Assembly (NCBI GenBank): GCA_965223665.1
Contig: OZ245011.1
Span: 3,232,001 to 3,296,000 of the forward strand
Length of the DNA stretch: 64,000 nucleotides
DNA from: Nitrospinaceae bacterium
Lineage (GTDB): Bacteria > Nitrospinota > Nitrospinia > Nitrospinales > Nitrospinaceae
Direction of reading: 5' to 3'
A model generated the notes under the pieces. That model did not search any database and had not been told where the DNA came from. It saw only the letters and a program-made list of their open reading frames with translations. The translations under genes were made by a program, and so were the position numbers. Positions 61,066 to 64,000 of this stretch are shown here, piece by piece (position 1 is the stretch's first letter; each line of letters opens with the position of its first letter).

Positions 61066-61881
61066 TTAAACGGAAATAATGGAAAGCCCAGCACGATTAG
61101 CAACTTTGAGAACTTCTTCTCTATTTATTATCATGACTCTTCCCGCTTCTATTGCCAAAACGGAGGCTCTGCCGTTTATTAATCCTTGGATGGTTTTTGG
61201 GCCAATTCCAGGGCTATCGAATCGATAATCCTGATTGGTCCGACTGACTTTGATTATTGTACATTTACCTTTAGAAAACTGGCAGCCACGTTCTATAGTC
61301 AAATCTGTTCCCTCAACAGCTTCTACGGCAATTACTGATTTGTTTTTGACTACTATAGTTTGACCGATTTCTTGGTCTGCCATATATTTTGCAATGGGGA
61401 GCCCATACTCAATGTCTTTCATCTGTTTATCGGTTGGAGTCTTTTTAGTAAGAATTCCTTTCTCCGGATATAATTCTTTCATGAAATCCATTTGATCTAA
61501 AACTTTAAAACCTCTTTTTTCGATTTCATCAATGATGTGCATCATTACTGTTTTATCTTGGTTTGATTTCACGGCCATGAATGCCTTCAAAGTTTCCAAG
61601 TCAAACATTTGGGGTTTAAATATCATTTTCTTTTCAACTTTGCCCATAATAATTAAGTTCTTTACATTCTCATTTGCAAAAGTTTTTACAATTTTTCCCC
61701 CTTTGGCCATATTAATGTAATAACTACTATCAACATAGGGTTTTAAATCTTTGTGAATATCCTCCGTTAGCCCAATTGAAACAATGGAAATACCTTTTTC
61801 TTGAGCTTTTTTAACAAAGTAAACGGGAATTTCACCTGCTCCAGCAATCAATCCAATTTTACTATTTATTTGGTCTGTCAT
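61066..61881 (-). CDS. lpxI: UDP-2,3-diacylglucosamine diphosphatase LpxI
   Basis: IAGAGEIP, IGQTIV, AVEAVEGTD, QDYRFDSPGIG; located between lpxA and lpxB. Confidence 0.88.
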   Translation of the reverse strand: MTDQINSKIGLIAGAGEIPVYFVKKAQEKGISIVSIGLTEDIHKDLKPYVDSSYYINMAKGGKIVKTFANENVKNLIIMGKVEKKMIFKPQMFDLETLKAFMAVKSNQDKTVMMHIIDEIEKRGFKVLDQMDFMKELYPEKGILTKKTPTDKQMKDIEYGLPIAKYMADQEIGQTIVVKNKSVIAVEAVEGTDLTIERGCQFSKGKCTIIKVSRTNQDYRFDSPGIGPKTIQGLINGRASVLAIEAGRVMIINREEVLKVANRAGLSIISV

Positions 61882-61959
61882 AATGATTCAGCAAAAAAGT
61901 TTCGTTTTTGAAATATGGTTTCCCAGGGAGGGAGATTTGGTAGGAAAAAAACGAGGTGA

Positions 61960-62925
61960 TTATGCGACTTCGGCTCGTTTTAATGCATCCACAATTTCAA
62001 GGGCAATTTCTAAAGAATATAATTCCTTATCTACTGCCACCATTCTGGGAGAACCATTTTTCGCACAATCAAGAAAGTGTTGGAGTTCAAGTTTTAAAGG
62101 ATTTTCTTTATGAACAAAAATCCTTTCCACAAGGGACTCTTGTTTATAACGAAGGGCATCCTTACTTAAAATATGTTCTGAAGAGGAATGTCGATGTACA
62201 TAAATTTCCTGGTCAGTGTAATCCAAGATTACATAGGAGTCTTTTTGAGTAACCGACAAGGTTCGGACTTTGTTTTGAGATGCACGGCTAGCCACAATGT
62301 TAGCAATACATCCATTTTCGAACTCCAACTGGACAGAAACTAAATCATCTTTTTCGGTGAAAACTGATTTCCCCATGACTTGCATGCGAACCACCTTGCT
62401 TTGAATGAGATTCAATAAAATATCTATGTCATGGATCATTATGTCCAAGACAACGCCATCATCCTTCATTCGTTGCACAAAAGGTCCCATTCGTTTGCAT
62501 TCAACAAAAATAGGATCTGTAACCAATTTATCCAATTCCTGAACTGCGCCATTGAAGCGTTCGACATGGCCAATATGTAAGGTAAGCCCTTTACCATTTG
62601 CTAAATTGAATAACTCCCGAGCCTGGTCAAGATCGTCGGTACAAGGTTTTTCTAATAATACGTGAATTCCAGAGGATAAAAATTCTTTTGCAATGGGGTA
62701 GTGCAATTTTGTAGGAACCGCTATCACCACAGAATCTACTTTATCAAAAATTTCACGATAATCATTTACAAAAGGAATGCCAAATCTTTGGGATATATGG
62801 TTGCAACGGTTTTGATCCACATCCGCTACACAAACAAGTTCAACATCTCTCGTCTCACTCAGGGCGCCTACATGATACTCTCCCATTTTCCCAATTCCGA
62901 CCACTCCAATTCTAGAATTCTTCAT
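61960..62925 (-). CDS. Gfo/Idh/MocA oxidoreductase, GnnA-like
   Basis: GIGKMG, LLEKP, GHVERFN, DIMIHDID; sits inside the lpx operon. Confidence 0.8.
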   Translation of the reverse strand: MKNSRIGVVGIGKMGEYHVGALSETRDVELVCVADVDQNRCNHISQRFGIPFVNDYREIFDKVDSVVIAVPTKLHYPIAKEFLSSGIHVLLEKPCTDDLDQARELFNLANGKGLTLHIGHVERFNGAVQELDKLVTDPIFVECKRMGPFVQRMKDDGVVLDIMIHDIDILLNLIQSKVVRMQVMGKSVFTEKDDLVSVQLEFENGCIANIVASRASQNKVRTLSVTQKDSYVILDYTDQEIYVHRHSSSEHILSKDALRYKQESLVERIFVHKENPLKLELQHFLDCAKNGSPRMVAVDKELYSLEIALEIVDALKRAEVA

Positions 62926-63710
62926 TTACCAATAAACCCCCGTTCTGAATTCTTCATGAAGTCAATAAGGTATCTGATTTCATCGCACATTTCAATTTCA
63001 CTTTCAATTTTTTCGATTACTTGAGAATTATTTAATCCTGACTCTTTAATGATTTTAAAAGCGCTTTTAATTGCCAATCGAACATTGGCTTTTATATTTC
63101 TTCGTCGCATACCTACAGAATTAATACTTAACAATCGGGCTGGAGCTCCCGAGACCGTGGAAAAGGGTAAAACATCCTGGTTTACACCCGACATTCCACC
63201 AACCATAGCACTTTGGCCAATTCGAATAAACTGATGTAGGCCTACCATTCCGGAAATAAAAGCAAAATCATCAACTATAATGTGTCCTGACAAACCCGTG
63301 TAATTAACTACAACAACAAAATTACCCACTTGGCAATCATGAGCGACGTGGGAATAGGCCATAAACATGCAATTGTCGCCAATTAAAGTTTTTCCATTTT
63401 CATTACTGGATCGATGGATTGTCACAAATTCACGAACCGTAGTATTATCCCCTATTTGTACAGAGGAAGAAATGTCTTTATCAAACCCCAAAATTTGTGG
63501 TTCGCCTCCTATGGATGCACCTTGAAATATTTGACAATTCTTTCCAATAACCGTATTGCCTTCAATATTAACGTGAGCGGCAATATTTGTTCCGTCCCCA
63601 ATTTTTGTATTGGGTCCAATTACGGAAAAAGGAGCAATACTCACATTTTTACCCAATTGAGCTGTATCGTGAATAATAGCAGACTTCGAAATTTCCATTA
63701 AATGTACCAT
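62922..63710 (-). CDS. lpxA: Acyl-ACP--UDP-N-acetylglucosamine acyltransferase
   Basis: Hexapeptide repeats, GGEPQ, REFVTIHR, MAYSHVAHDC, HQF. Start could instead be ATG 63698. Confidence 0.95.
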   Translation of the reverse strand: MVHLMEISKSAIIHDTAQLGKNVSIAPFSVIGPNTKIGDGTNIAAHVNIEGNTVIGKNCQIFQGASIGGEPQILGFDKDISSSVQIGDNTTVREFVTIHRSSNENGKTLIGDNCMFMAYSHVAHDCQVGNFVVVVNYTGLSGHIIVDDFAFISGMVGLHQFIRIGQSAMVGGMSGVNQDVLPFSTVSGAPARLLSINSVGMRRRNIKANVRLAIKSAFKIIKESGLNNSQVIEKIESEIEMCDEIRYLIDFMKNSERGFIGK

Positions 63711-63816
63711 TACTGGGTTATTAAGTTATATGCTTGGGATATCCAGTGAGGATTAGTGAGATAAGCCACTGATTACAAATATATAATTTGATATTAAACT
63801 GGAATCAATAATATTT

Positions 63817-63999
63817 TCAAGCTTTTCCTAGAATAGCTTGCAGTGTCCCCTGGGTAGCTAACTCGTCATCAACAAAGGCTGAACCCTCAAACCGGAATAG
63901 TTCTCCTCTTTGCTTGATTTTTAATAACTCTAAGCGTAACACATCTCCAGGCACTACTGGCCTTCGAAACTTAACGCCATCTACCCCAGTAAATAGAAT
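63817..63999 (-). CDS. fabZ: 3-hydroxyacyl-ACP dehydratase FabZ, C-terminal part (truncated by the window edge)
   Basis: Hand translation ILFTGVDGVKFRRPVVPGDVLRLELLKIKQRGELFRFEGSAFVDDELATQGTLQAILGKA*; canonical position upstream of lpxA. Confidence 0.9.
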   Translation of the reverse strand: MLFTGVDGVKFRRPVVPGDVLRLELLKIKQRGELFRFEGSAFVDDELATQGTLQAILGKA

Positions 64000-64000
64000 T

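Overview
AT-rich bacterial chromosomal window of mostly core genes from a Gram-negative, probably motile organism. Gene content loosely recalls Nitrospinota or deltaproteobacteria, but this is inference only. Core blocks are rplM-rpsI-argC-argJ, shc, a run of five lipoproteins (FlgO-like, hypothetical, YcfL, COG3014, LpoB), def-fmt-uxs-radC-gmhA-hldE, hldD, cspA-rpsU, DUF4912-GH57, apgM-like-lysC-cimA, glnB-glnA-glnE and fabZ-lpxA-gnnA-like-lpxI-lpxB-DUF374. I saw no tRNA, rRNA, CRISPR array or mobile element. The most striking finding is a CheA with a group I truncated-hemoglobin domain inserted where P2 normally sits. It lies in an orphan cheA-cheW unit behind a consensus sigma-54 promoter, directly downstream of a soluble pseudo-receiver/PAS DctB-like kinase and a DctD-like activator, and is a candidate receptor-independent O2/NO-sensing chemosensory module. 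Other findings: an rpsU missed by the ORF track that can only start at a non-canonical codon (probably ATT) with a hairpin-occluded RBS, downstream of a cspA whose putative leader holds a terminator; three QueC-like paralogs; a triple radical-SAM/GT2/methyltransferase sugar-tailoring cluster; an ApgM homolog lacking its catalytic residues, coupled to aspartate kinase; and a duplicated L7/L12-CTD-like domain attached to the YjgN-M48 pair.
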